In this document: piece after piece, positions 11,801-23,586 of the stretch
Numbering within the stretch: position 1 is the first letter of the stretch
Layout: each line of letters starts with the position of its first letter
Assembly: GCA_964035545.1 (NCBI GenBank)
Contig: OZ037766.1
Span: 13,506,722-13,570,721 of the forward strand
Source: Bugula neritina
Taxonomy: Eukaryota; Animalia; Bryozoa
Direction of reading: 5' to 3'
DNA length: 64,000 bases
Notes under the pieces: model-generated
Seen by the model: the letters and a program-made list of their open reading frames with translations, nothing else
Told to the model about the DNA's origin: nothing
The model's database searches: none
Translations under genes and position numbers: made by a program

Positions 11801-14800
11801 GTAGCATCTTTATTTGACCCTCTAGGCTTCTTATCTCCTTTCATACTGTGTGGCAAAAAGATTTTGCAATCTATATGTAAAGATGGGACAACATGGGATG
11901 CCCCAGTAAATGAAGATGTTAGTGCTCAGTGGCTCTCCTGGAAACATGAATTTAACATGCTAGACAATGTAGCAATACCTAGATGCATATATCCTGCTAA
12001 TTTTGATACAATTGTGAAAACTGAGCTGCATCACTTTTCAGATGCTAGTACAATAGGTTATGGTCAATGCTCCTATATCAGACTTGTAAACAACCATGGT
12101 GATGTTCATGTTGCTTTGCTTAGCGCTAAATCCAGAGTAATTCCATTGAATAAGTCAGTAACCATTCCTCGGGCTGAACTACAAGCAGCTGTAATGTCTG
12201 CAAAATTGGCTGATTCTCTTAAAGCAGATCTTAAAATTGAAAATATCACAGATGAAATATTTTGGACAGATTCAAAAGTTGTTCTAGGCTACATAACCAA
12301 TGAGGTAAAGAGGTTTCATGTTTATGTTGCAAATAGAGTGCAACAAATTAGAGATCTTAGTACACCTAACCAATGGCAGTACATTAACACACAATCTAAC
12401 CCAGCTGATATAGCATCTAGGGGAATTTCATCTATTGCCAAGTTGCTAGATTCCTGTTGGTTCAATGGGCCTGGCTTTCTACACGAGCCAGATTTGACTC
12501 ACATGCTAACCACTCGGAACAAATTTGATATTGCTAGTGATGACCCAGAGGTCAAAGCCACCACACATGTTGTTGCAGTAAATGACCTCAGTAAATCATG
12601 GAATGAGAAATTCAAAGCTTTCTCTAGCCTCTCATCAGCTGTTAGAGCAATTAGTACACTACAAAAGATAGCTAGGGCTAAATGTAAACAAACCAAAACC
12701 ACAGTTATGTCAGATGTGGCATCAACTGAAAAGGCAAAGATGCAAATTTTAAAATGGGCTCAAATGGAGTTCCTAGCTAATGAATGCAAGGAAATTAAGG
12801 CTGGAAAAGTTACCAAGAGTAACAAAATACTCAAACTTGACCCATTTACTGATAAAAATGATATGCTAAGAGTTGGGGGAAGACTAAAAAATTCAAGCCT
12901 TGCCTATGGTGAAAGCACCCTATTATTTTGCCAAAAAAGTCTCACATCACTAAGTTAGTAGTTGCATGACCACTGTCACAAACAAGTAATGCACCAAGGT
13001 CGAGGGATGACAATTGCTCAAATTCAAAATTCAGGCTATTGGATTTTAGGCTGTAATTCTTTGGTCTCCTCTCAAATAGCTAATTGTGTCACATGTAGGA
13101 AAACACGAAGTGCACCAGAGATTCAAAAAATGGCAGATTTACCATCTAAACGAATAGAACCAACCCCTCCATTCACATATGTAGGCAGTGATTGTTTTGG
13201 CCCATTTGTTGTTAAGGATAACAGAAAAGAATTGAAAAAATATGGGGTTATATTCACATGCATGGCTTCTAGGGCTATTCACATTGAGTTAGTGGACGAT
13301 TTATCTACTGATGCCTTTATAAATGCATTGCGCTGTTTCATAGCTATTAGAGGGCCCATCAGACAATTATACACACTGATAGGGGAACTAATTTTATAGG
13401 TGCTGCTAATGAGCTAGCAAGTGTTGCAAAAGAAGCAACTAGAAAAATTGAAAGCTTTTCTGAAAGTAATAGCTTCGAGTGGGTTACAAACACTCCCCAC
13501 TCAAGTCACATGGGTGGTGTCTGGGAGCGCCACATAAGAACAATCAGGTCTGTCTTAAACTCAATGCTAGCTATAAACAGCACAAGGCTAGATACTAGTA
13601 CACTGCGACTTTATTATATGAGGTAATGGCAATAGTTAACTGCAGGCCACTAATATCTCAAACAGATGAAAGTTACCCAATGCCACTAACTCCCAACCAA
13701 CTATTAACTATGAAGTCCAAAGTAGTGTTGCCTCCTCCTGGTCAATTTGATGAACAAGATGTATACTGTAGAAAACGTTGGAGAGTAGTTCAAGGGTTGG
13801 TAAATCAATTTTGGAAACGTTGGCGCACTCATTATTTGCAACAAATTCAATCCAGGCCAAAATGGTTGAAAAGGGCTGCTAACATTGCTGTGGGAGATGT
13901 AGTACTTTTAGTTAGTGATGACAAAAACAGGCGAGATTGGCCATTAGGCAGAGTAGTGGAAGTATTTCCTAGTGATGACAACTTAGTTAGGAGAGTTAGG
14001 CTTAGCATAGCTGATGCAGAAAAGTTAGACAGAAAGGGTAGAAGAATAAAATCAGAAAAAACAGCTTGAGAGGCCAATTCAAAAACTAATCTTCTTGTTT
14101 AGGCCCTCCTAAATTTGATACGTGCCCTAAATGAATTAGAACCTACTGAAAGTTAATTTTTTTGAATCAGTTTAGTTAATTTCCCTGAGTGAAATTAAAG
14201 GGGGGAGTGTAAAGGATCTAACAAAGAAGCATGATAGCCCTTGTTACAAATACCACTAGAACTTTTATTTTTAGCTTTTAATGGTGATATTTGTTATTAT
14301 TAGATAGTTCATTCTCCTGTGCAGCAGTCAGCTGCCTAATAATAGGTAAAGCCTAACCGCCACCTTTGTTGAAGCCAGCTTTTAGGGTTTGACAGGAACT
14401 GATCCATCTTCCTTTATGAGGTCATTACATGTGCCCCATAGTTAGCTGACCATAATTATAGCTAAATTTAGATGTAATTACCTTTTCTTTGTGATTGCCC
14501 TGGTATATAAGGCAGCATTGAAACTCCAAAAAGACAGTCACTCATGTAGCCTAAGCTGAGCTACTTATTTTGTTAAGTTAAGTGACAAAGAGCTAAATTT
14601 TGAAGATATTATAGCAAGCTCGTCAAGAGAATAAAGGTATTTTATTATTATTCTTTGCTATTTTTAACTTGATAATGCTTTATGTCTTTTATTACAATTT
14701 TTATTGCTGTTATATTTTAATATTATATCGTGATGTTTGCTGGTATTTGAACAACTGTATTGTATGAGTTTTAGCACACCTATATGTATTCTTTATGTTA

Positions 14801-16581
14801 CTTGTAGTTTTTACGATTTAGAAGAAAATTAATAAAAGTGAGAGATTTGTTAAAACTTCTTCTCAGTCCGTACCAAAACCATTTTTGTGGCGAGACCTTG
14901 CTCAACACACATACTGGCTGCAAAATTATCACAACACTAATTACTATAATTCAAAAATGAAATAACAGCAAAGAATGTTGTTTGATTATAGATATTTGGA
15001 ACCCACAAGTTAGAACAACTACATATATGTCATTTCTAACATACATAGAATGTGCTTCAAGAATGCCCGCAAGAGATTTAATTAGCACATCTTTTCATAA
15101 TATTCAGAAAAACTGTGCATTTGGTCAAACATGTACCTGTACATATTATTCTAGTGCCAAAGTCTGATATTATCAAATTGTGAATGACTAACACCAATCT
15201 CACTTGTATTAGACTTGACTTTAAATGTAATAAAATTTACTAAAATGAAACGAATTATCTTTAACAAACTTACTTGAGACTTGACAAACTCCACAGTTTG
15301 GGAAGTATGCATTTTATAGTACGTGTCCTTCACCTTGGCGTCCACTTCATTTGTCGGCTCCTTAAAATAAATCAAAATTATCATGAATAATGCCAATTGA
15401 GTTTGTGAAATGTGAATATCTAAAACCATAAAGAGAACTGTACTTGATCTTCAATTGGTACCATTTTGGTTGGGTATAAAAACATCCATACTATCATATT
15501 CAAATTAACCATAGTGCCTACATTAATTTCAAAGATATTTGCCCTTAGAGTACTATTAAATCTATTGCCATCAATGATTAACCAATGCGTCTTTATAGAC
15601 TTTGAGAGTGACACTTATTCTCGGTCAAATGACATCTGTCTGACATCTATCTGCTAAAAAATGAGAAATCTTATACACTGTACAGTATACATTAACAACA
15701 GTAACAAGCTAATCTGTAGCTACACCCCAGCCCCTTCCTTGCCCTCTCCCTCATTACTTGGAACATGTTCAGACAGACTTGAGGTAGCCTGATAAGTTAA
15801 CAACATTCTCTAAATTGTAATCTTGAACATTTACCAAGGTTTGGTAGGTAGTGCTTGGGTCTGGAGTATTATGACTGTAATAAAACTCATTTGGATACAA
15901 GTTCCTCATTTGGCCAATGCCAAAAATAAACCTTTAAAAACTATACAACCATTAAGTAAACATGTTTATATTATTTTCAGTTAAAGGGTATATTTGAAAG
16001 TGAATAAAAATAGTTTTCGTAAAAACAAAACACTGAGCGCTATAAGTGAATGCCTATTAATAAGTAACTCGATATGTAATACATATAATAAGACTTCAGT
16101 TTGTATTGTGTGAATAAACAAGCGTTATAGCCATTGATAGTTGTGAATATACAGGACTTGAACTACTACTATTGATTAACTTTACATAAAGGTGTTCAGC
16201 AAGAGCAGGCAGTTATTATTAATTACTATTTAGTACACTAGTTGAGTTACATAAAAGAATACCTCATGATACACTCTGTAACCTTTTTCTTTAGCATCAG
16301 CTACCTGTGTCAATGAGCCACCCTCCTAAAATTATAGGTAGCAGTTTGTATCAACACAAATAACAACTGTAAACAACTCAACACCCACTCTTTATATTAT
16401 AGTGCTTACAGCATGACAGCTATACTCACAACTAGACCGAAGCCGGAGGTTACCTTTTCCCTAAATACTGTAGATATAACAAACAAATTTACAATCAACA
16501 GGTAAACTAGTGCTCTGACTAACTTCACAAATCACCACATGTCTAGTTTACTTTCGGTCTTACCTGATTAAGAAGTCTCAT
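2887..16581 (-). CDS. MIOX: myo-inositol oxygenase, 8 coding exons, 283 aa
   Basis: Exons 16564-16581, 16263-16325, 15274-15360, 6454-6684, 6115-6224, 4140-4207, 3361-3526 and 2887-2995. All introns are GT-AG with consistent phases (852 nt total). Motifs: QTVEFV, DESDPD, HAYQTAE, IHDLGK, VGDTYPVG, SWGHDEY, RYHSFYP, FDLYSK; the di-iron ligand residues are present. Confidence 0.95.
6930..7629 (+). repeat. 5' LTR of the BEL/Pao element
   Basis: Direct repeat of 14208-14907 with no difference found by eye. TATATAA at 7226-7232, Inr-like CAGTCA at ~7257, AATAAA at 7352 and 7553. Confidence 0.97.
8174..14112 (+). pseudogene. BEL/Pao Gag-Pol polyprotein, open through Gag/PR/RT/RNase H and frameshifted in the integrase region
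   Basis: ORF 8153-12958 (first ATG 8174) has three BEL-type zinc knuckles (CIFC..H....C, CFQC...H....C, CKKC...HPTSMH), protease LDTMS, RT YVDD and RNase H HHFSDAS. Integrase HHCC, DCFGP, TDRGTNF, GGVWER and the C-terminal WPLGRV / LERPIQKL segments lie in several frames separated by about 5 indels. Confidence 0.93.
14208..14907 (+). repeat. 3' LTR of the BEL/Pao element
   Basis: Direct repeat of 6930-7629, preceded by the PPT and followed by TSD CACAT. Confidence 0.97.
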
Positions 16582-16628
16582 GATGCTTAGAATTGGTTTG
16601 GTCGACAGAAAGAAATACTGAAATAACT

Positions 16629-16672
16629 AACTGAAGTATGTTTCGGAGGTAGAGGAACTGGTTTCTTATATA
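16629..16672 (-). promoter_or_regulatory. Candidate MIOX core promoter (TATA box plus Inr-like motif)
   Basis: TATATAA on the minus strand at 16666-16672 and TCAGTT at 16629-16634, 50-90 bp upstream of the ATG. The spacing is slightly long. Confidence 0.35.
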
Positions 16673-18293
16673 CTAGAACATTTTGAAATGTGATACCAAC
16701 AGAGAACCTGGGATATGAAAAAATTTAGTAATCTAAGAAAGCAGCTAAGCTTGCGTTACACATACTTCAACTCAACCTACATCAACAAATCCAGCTTATT
16801 GTATTATGAATAGCATTTGGCACGATGCCAAAAACTAATGGTAGCATATGATTGGTTAATTAAATCGCATTGCCACTGAATTAGCATGATTATCAATTGT
16901 TGATCCATATTTTGTAGGGTAAATTTACTAGTCATTTCTATTATTCTCCATGCTATAATTCTAAGTACATTGAAGAATAGTAATGCCATTCAACTGCACT
17001 ACTTATCAACAGTTACAGTCACTGTAAGCTCTAAGTACTAGTTAATGTCCCAACTGCAGACAGGAGCACGCAAGTTTACAACTGAGCTAAGAGCGTTTCA
17101 GAACTTTGTAGCATGTGGTGAATTTTTTCTTTACATCCCCAAAGCATTCAAATTATAGAAAAAGAATTACTACCAAGAATTACCGAAGCTGCTGTAGCTC
17201 AATGATAAGAAAAAATAGACGACCCATCGAGATGAGAAGCAACTTTCTAACATAATACCTGTGATTAGAGTTACTAATTGCACAGCTTGGAAGCTGAATA
17301 CCTGGCAGTAAAGTACTTTTGTATTAAACAGCATTTCTCATCTAATAGCTGTCTAAAATAATAATAATAATGATGAATTTTTTTCAATATAAAACAGTTT
17401 GCTGCAGATAGCTGTGATTCAAAATGCTAATGTACCAGCCTATGCAAAAACATTTTTCATGTTCAGTGCAAAATAACAATTAACTTAATCCAGCATTTCC
17501 AATAAGAATGATCCTGCTACAGCACACTGACCCTTTCAATACTGAATAATAGCAAGTGATGGCAACTAAACCCTAGTTATATTACCTGACCATCTATATG
17601 AATTATAATGCACACATCAGAACTTTATGTATCTTGGTATATCATAATAGTTACTGCAAACCAATTAACTGGGCAAGCATACCAGGTTATTGAGCACCCA
17701 GCAAACTATCTAAATTCTAATTGCAAGCCATCTGGTCCTCTTTTCTGGAGGCACAAAAACTAATTACTACAGACTTGAAGATGGGCCAGGCTTCACCGCA
17801 TATGTCTTATAGCAAGGTATAGTGCTGAAATAGCCCTACCATCAGCTCAATTTTCTCAATTTTATTGGATGATTTCAATCTATGTTACAACGCAGCTACA
17901 CAATACCAATGCTGTAATCACAAACCTATAGTTACTAATAATAGTATATAGGTATGTGATTTTTCACATCTTAAAGCAGTTTAATGGGAATAATATTAGA
18001 ATAATTAGAAAGTGAGGCATGAACACATTGTCTTTAGCAAGGTTCTATTATGCATAGATTCTTTGTATAAAAATCTCAACTAAAGGCTAGCAGTAGGGAA
18101 TGATAACTCTTAATATCAAAACAATTCAAGTGTTAATGTTTCCATATCACTCTGAAAACACAAATACACATTTCAATAGAATAATAGAGTTAGCTATGAG
18201 GCGTAATATAGGCCATATAAATTAACTAAAAAACTTGTTTAGTTCTAATAGAAAAAGAACAGGAGTAAAGTTATCAACATTTGAAGTATTCCA

Positions 18294-18410
18294 ACACACA
18301 AGCACACAAGCACACAAACACACAAACACACAAACACACAAACACACAAACACACAAACACACAAACACACAAACACACAAACACACAAACACACAAACA
18401 CACAAACACA
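18294..18410. repeat. (ACACACAA)n octamer microsatellite
   Basis: About 14 near-perfect copies; source of the spurious THKHTNTQ ORFs. Confidence 0.95.
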
Positions 18411-19667
18411 TACAGAGCAGTTGTTTTAAGGTTTGTCCTCTCTATGTAAGTTTATGTTTTACAAAATTGTTACTTATGACTATGTAAATCATTAAACTAT
18501 TCAAATTCAAATTACTTTATTATGTGCAGACGAGTTTCTCAGACAATGTTGAAATTCATAGAAAGGAAGATTAACTATTTTACTATAAAACTGTTGCAGT
18601 CATCTCTCATGCAGCATCTAGACTCTAGAGTGTAAATGATTATTTGAAAACTGAAAGCAAAATAACCAATAATGAGTTTTCATAGTGCGCTAAGAATTTC
18701 TTAAAACTCATGTAGCTTATAAACATTTCATGTATATACCTACACGAGATACATGTATAAAATTTAGTACGAAAATTTCAAATAATTAAACTACGTGTGT
18801 GTTTGCATGCTGGAGCTACCATAAATAGTTGCAATGAATGTGTTCACAAGAAGATGAGCATATTATTCTTCTGGAAAATTCTTGTGATAAATTACTCTTT
18901 CATGCTGTCTCTAAGTATATCAATATAATCATTATAGTGGCATGCATTATTTGAAGTCTGCTAAGTATATAGATGTAATATATTGTCTAAGCTACATATG
19001 CCTAAACTTGTGTTATGTAAGACGGAGCTTAATATAGTTTTTGCATCACATATGCTGGGCTTAAAGAACTGATCAATAGTAATGCTCTCATTTTAAGTGA
19101 CAATGCTATTAAAATATTTTCCTATTACATACCAACATTTCGCAATGATACACGTGTCACATATATGCATACAAGCTTTAAAGGAACTCTCCCTTAGAGT
19201 CAATAACAAGAGTTTAACGGCATTTTCTAGATGTGGTTTGGGCAAATATATATAGGCCAAAAATTGTTGCTTCATACTTTTCCCAATACTAATAAATAAT
19301 GAAAGCTAAGCTATTTTATAATAAAATGTGAATGTCTATTCCAAAGAAATCATCTTATATTGTTATGATTGCTGATTATAAAGGAGTGCATTGTTTATGA
19401 AAATTACATAAAGGTTTTTGAGTAGCACATTAATTTAAACCAAGTTACATATTAATTAAAAATGTGTTTTTCGCCAACATGGAAAGCATTACAATATTTC
19501 CCTTACTTTTGAAGTAGGTTTGAATTTTTGTTGGATTAAAAATACGCGATAGAATTCAAAGTTTAAGCATAACTATGCAAAGAAAGATCCAGTAAAAATT
19601 TTAATGCATTTTAATTATTCATAAAAAGTTGGACTCATGGGGGGAGAAATGCCATCCAATAGCAATT

Positions 19668-19894
19668 TTCCCCTAGACGCACTTTGCCACACCATAGGCC
19701 GTAACGTAAAATGTCAGCCATTTTTACAAATGTCTGAGCTTCCTGTATGTCGCACTGCTTGATTCAAAAAAGTTTCGACGGGCTTATATAGGTCGTGCCC
19801 AATAGCGGACTTTGAGAATTTCAACTCAGACACATTAAAATTGGCCGACATTTTACGTTACGGCCTACGGTGCGGCAAAGTGTTTCTAGGGGAA
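19668..19894. mobile_element. MITE-like element, ~227 bp, with ~55-bp imperfect terminal inverted repeats
   Basis: Left TTCCCCTAGACGCACTTTGCCACACCATAGGCCGTAACGTAAAATGTCAGCCA matches the reverse complement of right TGGCCGACATTTTACGTTACGGCCTACGGTGCGGCAAAGTGTTTCTAGGGGAA. No clear TSD. Confidence 0.75.
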
Positions 19895-20484
19895 TTGAAT
19901 GTGTTTTTGTTTAAAAAGAGATCTAATTACAGTTGATGATAAACTTTTTCACCTTGAAAACTGCTTTTTGTTTGCATTTCTTCAAGATTCACTGTCATAA
20001 TATGTTATAATGTTATAAATATCATTTATACCTCCTAATGTTTATGCAGACCAAATAACCCAATAGTGATCGTAATTACTGTTACCAATAGCCACAATAT
20101 TGAAATAATTGCACATGCAATGAAAACAAATATTATTATACAAAGATAACATAGCATAATACATGTAGTTTCTGAAATAGCTTTCTCTTGTTGATTGGCT
20201 GACTTAATTAGAAATGTATACATGTTTAATGTGAGGGCAAAGATTTATGACCTGCCAGTCAAATAATGATGCCAGTCTAGCTATCAAAACATGATGCAAT
20301 AATTTTAGACCTTTCTTATTCGAATAGTTGAAACAATTTATTAATTACAAGCTTTGCTGACACAAACTCTATTTAATTTCGTAATTGGATTTTATTCACA
20401 AAGTTTGCAGCAGCGTAAAATTAAATAAGGGCTAATTTGTATTTTATTGGCATCCTTAAGTATTTTAGCTGCCAGCACAAATCT

Positions 20485-20514
20485 ATATATAAATGATTTA
20501 TTCAATAGCCAGTC
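20485..20514 (+). promoter_or_regulatory. Candidate TATA/Inr promoter of the GPCR gene
   Basis: TATATATAAA at ~20485-20493 with CCAGTC about 25 nt downstream, ~310 bp before the ATG. Confidence 0.4.
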
Positions 20515-20821
20515 AGCATAAAGCAAACACTCCATAAACCTGTTCATATACTACAAGAATCCAGTAGAAGAAAGGACAAATTACTTTACAGTTTATACAT
20601 TATATAGTAGTCTGCAATATGCTTCATGTATATTGTATGTTTACTTGTATAAGCTGAACCGGTTGAAGAAGTCGCATGCAGTATGCTTAAACAATCAACC
20701 ATTTATTTGAAGAAATAGAATGATATGGAATGGACTCTTTGAACACTGCAGGCATTCAACTACTGATCTGGTAGCACTTGTAATTGCTTTTTGAAGATAG
20801 TCGCTGCTTGTATACTCCACG

Positions 20822-23393
20822 ATGAACTGGACAAATGTTTCTCAGGATTTTAACAATACAACAGACGCGAACATCATCGTAGAGAGCTATGCCACGAAAC
20901 AACTTTTGTTAACAGTTTTACAGAGCTGTATTTTGAGCATTGGCTTGGCTGGAAACATCATGTCTATCGGATGCTTGTGCTGGTCTCATCACAGAAGAAG
21001 GAAACTGACACGAATCTCTTTGTACATCCTGCACATGTGCATAGCAGACGCAATGGTGTCGATATTCAACGTTGCCCCAAACCTCTGTGTAATTACCAAC
21101 TATCCAGCTGCATGTCCATTTCAGTCCAACAGCATTTCCTGCAAAATTACAAACTTTCTCTCGATCACATCCATATATGGATCCACTTATGTTTTAGTGA
21201 TGACATCACTCGATAGATTTTTGGCTATTTGCTACCCATTAGTTGCGCAGCGTTTTACAAAAAGACACGTTCACATAAGCTGCCTGTTTGCCTGGTGTCT
21301 GTCAATAGCTTTTAGTACCCCTCAACTCTCAATTTTTTATTTCAATGAAACTACAGATAACTGTGCCGCAGCATGGAGTGATGTGAAGCACAAACATATC
21401 AAGTATGAAAACAGCTACACTGTCTGGTTTGCCACGGCCATTTGGATTCTGCCTTGTATCATAATTACTGTGTGTTACATCAGTATTACGAGCGTCATTT
21501 GGAAACGACCGGCATATATTCGTAAGAACACAAGGACCAGGCATGGGCTTACTTCCGAAAGAGGGAGAACCAACATATTGATGAAACCAGTGCTGCTGAC
21601 ATTTGCAGTGGTCATTGGCTACGTACTTTGCTGGTCTCCATGGATGATTACCACACTCATCACACAATTTAATAGCGAATTTTTAAACAAACGTAAGTAA
21701 TTTTTTCACATTTATAAAGCAACTTTACTAGAAGTGTGTTAAATCACCAACTTGGCTATTAAGGATTTTAAAAAAACATTATATACAATCCCATTTATAA
21801 TATTGAAATTTAATGATTTCGTGACAGGTTACATTGAATATGTATGTATAAAAGCTACCGAGCACCGTCCAGTAATGCATCTTAACCTAGTAGGAATTAT
21901 ACAACATATTATATGGATGTAAATTTATCAACTTGTTAGACTTTGAAACTATCACTACATTAAAATCTTTTTTGTGCATGACTTCTATATCTCAAGATGT
22001 TGCATTAATCTGCTCAAAAGCTTAGAGGTATTTGCAATAAATGATCTTCAATAGAAATGTTCACAAAGTCATAAATCCTGAGCAATCAGAAGCAACAGTT
22101 GCTGATCACAAACAATATTGTACTGGTATAGGTTATAAAACTTATGTTTCCAAAGTCTAAAAACAGAATAGAAGAATAATCTTTTGCACTTGGTGTCTCG
22201 TTATTTGGCAATTTTTTATTAGAAAGCAAGTTTGCATATTCTGCTTTCACTATTATTTAAGCATCAGCCAGCAGACTTTTATAACATTGATAAGAATGAT
22301 ACATTTATAAAGCTGATATCAGAGTTGAATTAGCAGATCTTCCCCAAATGCTCACCTCTGCTTGTAAAACAGTTGCTCAATTATGCAAATTGGTTTACCT
22401 AACCAATATAGAAACTACCATAGCTTTTCTCGGTCTTTTTATGCTATAATGAAATAATATGTGAAATTATTATACATGCCTGAATGAAAATATTGTTGTA
22501 ACTGTAATATTGTGTAAAGTATATAAAAAGTTAGGCTACGCAATGTTCAGCATTTCATCCATTAATTCAAATATCCTTGTTTGCAAGTGACTCTATGTAA
22601 CAAATAATTGGCTTGTATTGATTCAATCATGCTAATTGTCATGTACAGAGTAATATGCACTATTACAAATGCCTATTTTTTAAATTAATGTGTTAAAACA
22701 CAGAGTCCTGTAATTAATTGTAATTCAAGCATAAAGGGTTTGATTTAAAAATTATTTTATAAACTGAAAATTTGACAGTCTGGAATATAGTTTTAAATAT
22801 TGCCTTGAATAGAGTCTTGAACACTGCTTAAAAACATATGCAGTGTCAAATGTTTGATATATTACAAAAATGAAGATAGATAGCTTTAATGATCATTTAC
22901 AAAGATTATGCAATCTCAAATAAATTACCTTACAAATTTCATTATAAGTTCTTATTGACTATAAGCTCAGACCTTTTTTCCAATTGAAGATGCCAAATCA
23001 AACTGTCTCTGAGCAGAAATAATCTGAAACTGTCATTTTATTCACTGCGAACCTATATTATTATTATTGTTTCTAGGAACGAGGGCGAAAACTGAAACCG
23101 TTTCCATGCTCACTTATTTGATTGGGTTTAATAGTTGTCTAAATCCGTTCATTTATTTGGGCTTCAATTGGAGGAGTATATTTGTTAAATCAAAGAGCAG
23201 AGAAGCCACAAGTATAGTTATGTCTTTGTCACACTACAATAGTACTCAGCAAAGAAAAGCAGCCCACACAGAAGCTGAGGAGCTTGACAATCTCTATCCA
23301 TGCAGTGGGGAGGAGTCCAAGGAAGAATGCTTGAATGCCACAAGTGATTCAATGCTGAATTTACCCGAGTGGAGTCGCTCGGTGCCAGAATGA
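20822..23393 (+). CDS. Rhodopsin-class neuropeptide GPCR, vasopressin/oxytocin (vasotocin/conopressin) receptor-like, 395 aa
   Basis: Exons 20822-21692 and 23077-23393 with a phase-1 GT-AG intron between TM6 and TM7. Motifs: GN (TM1), HMCIADAMV, STYVLVMTSLDRFLAICYPL, FSTPQ, CWSP, NSCLNPFIY; N-terminal N-glycosylation sequons. Confidence 0.88.
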
Positions 23394-23491
23394 TCTAACT
23401 TAACATAGTCAAAACTATCAGACATTTTTGCATGGTTCGTTCATGGTTTTAAATGTCATACACAATTGAGATTATTCATTTGTGTGCACTT

Positions 23492-23586
23492 GTGTGTGTG
23501 TTTGTGTTTATGTATGTTTATGCGTAAGTGTGTTTTTTTCGTGTGTGTGTGTTTGTGTGTTTTTGTGTGTGCTCGTCCGTGTGTGT
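23492..23586. repeat. Degenerate (GT)n microsatellite in the GPCR 3' UTR
   Basis: Interrupted TG repeats. Confidence 0.8.

Larger units (their letters stand above)
6930..14907 (+). mobile_element. Full-length BEL/Pao LTR retrotransposon (7,978 bp) inserted antisense in MIOX intron 3
   Basis: 700-bp LTRs TG...CA at 6930-7629 and 14208-14907; 5-bp TSD CACAT (6925-6929 and 14908-14912); polypurine tract AAAGGGGGGAG at 14197-14207; single gag-pol in the order Gag-PR-RT-RH-IN. Confidence 0.97.

Noticed and set aside
12956-12961. TAG TAG between in-frame ORFs 8153-12958 and 12962-13399 as programmed readthrough
   Set aside because: The conserved HPIILPKKSHIT segment lies in another frame just upstream. 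Two compensating indels explain the arrangement, and later integrase frameshifts would make readthrough useless.
8548-14077. Several antisense or alternative-frame ORFs (67-167 aa) inside the retrotransposon
   Set aside because: Shadows of the long gag-pol frame with no recognisable motifs; no env-like ORF was seen.
18235-18487. ORFs encoding THKHTNTQ repeats
   Set aside because: Translation of an octamer microsatellite.
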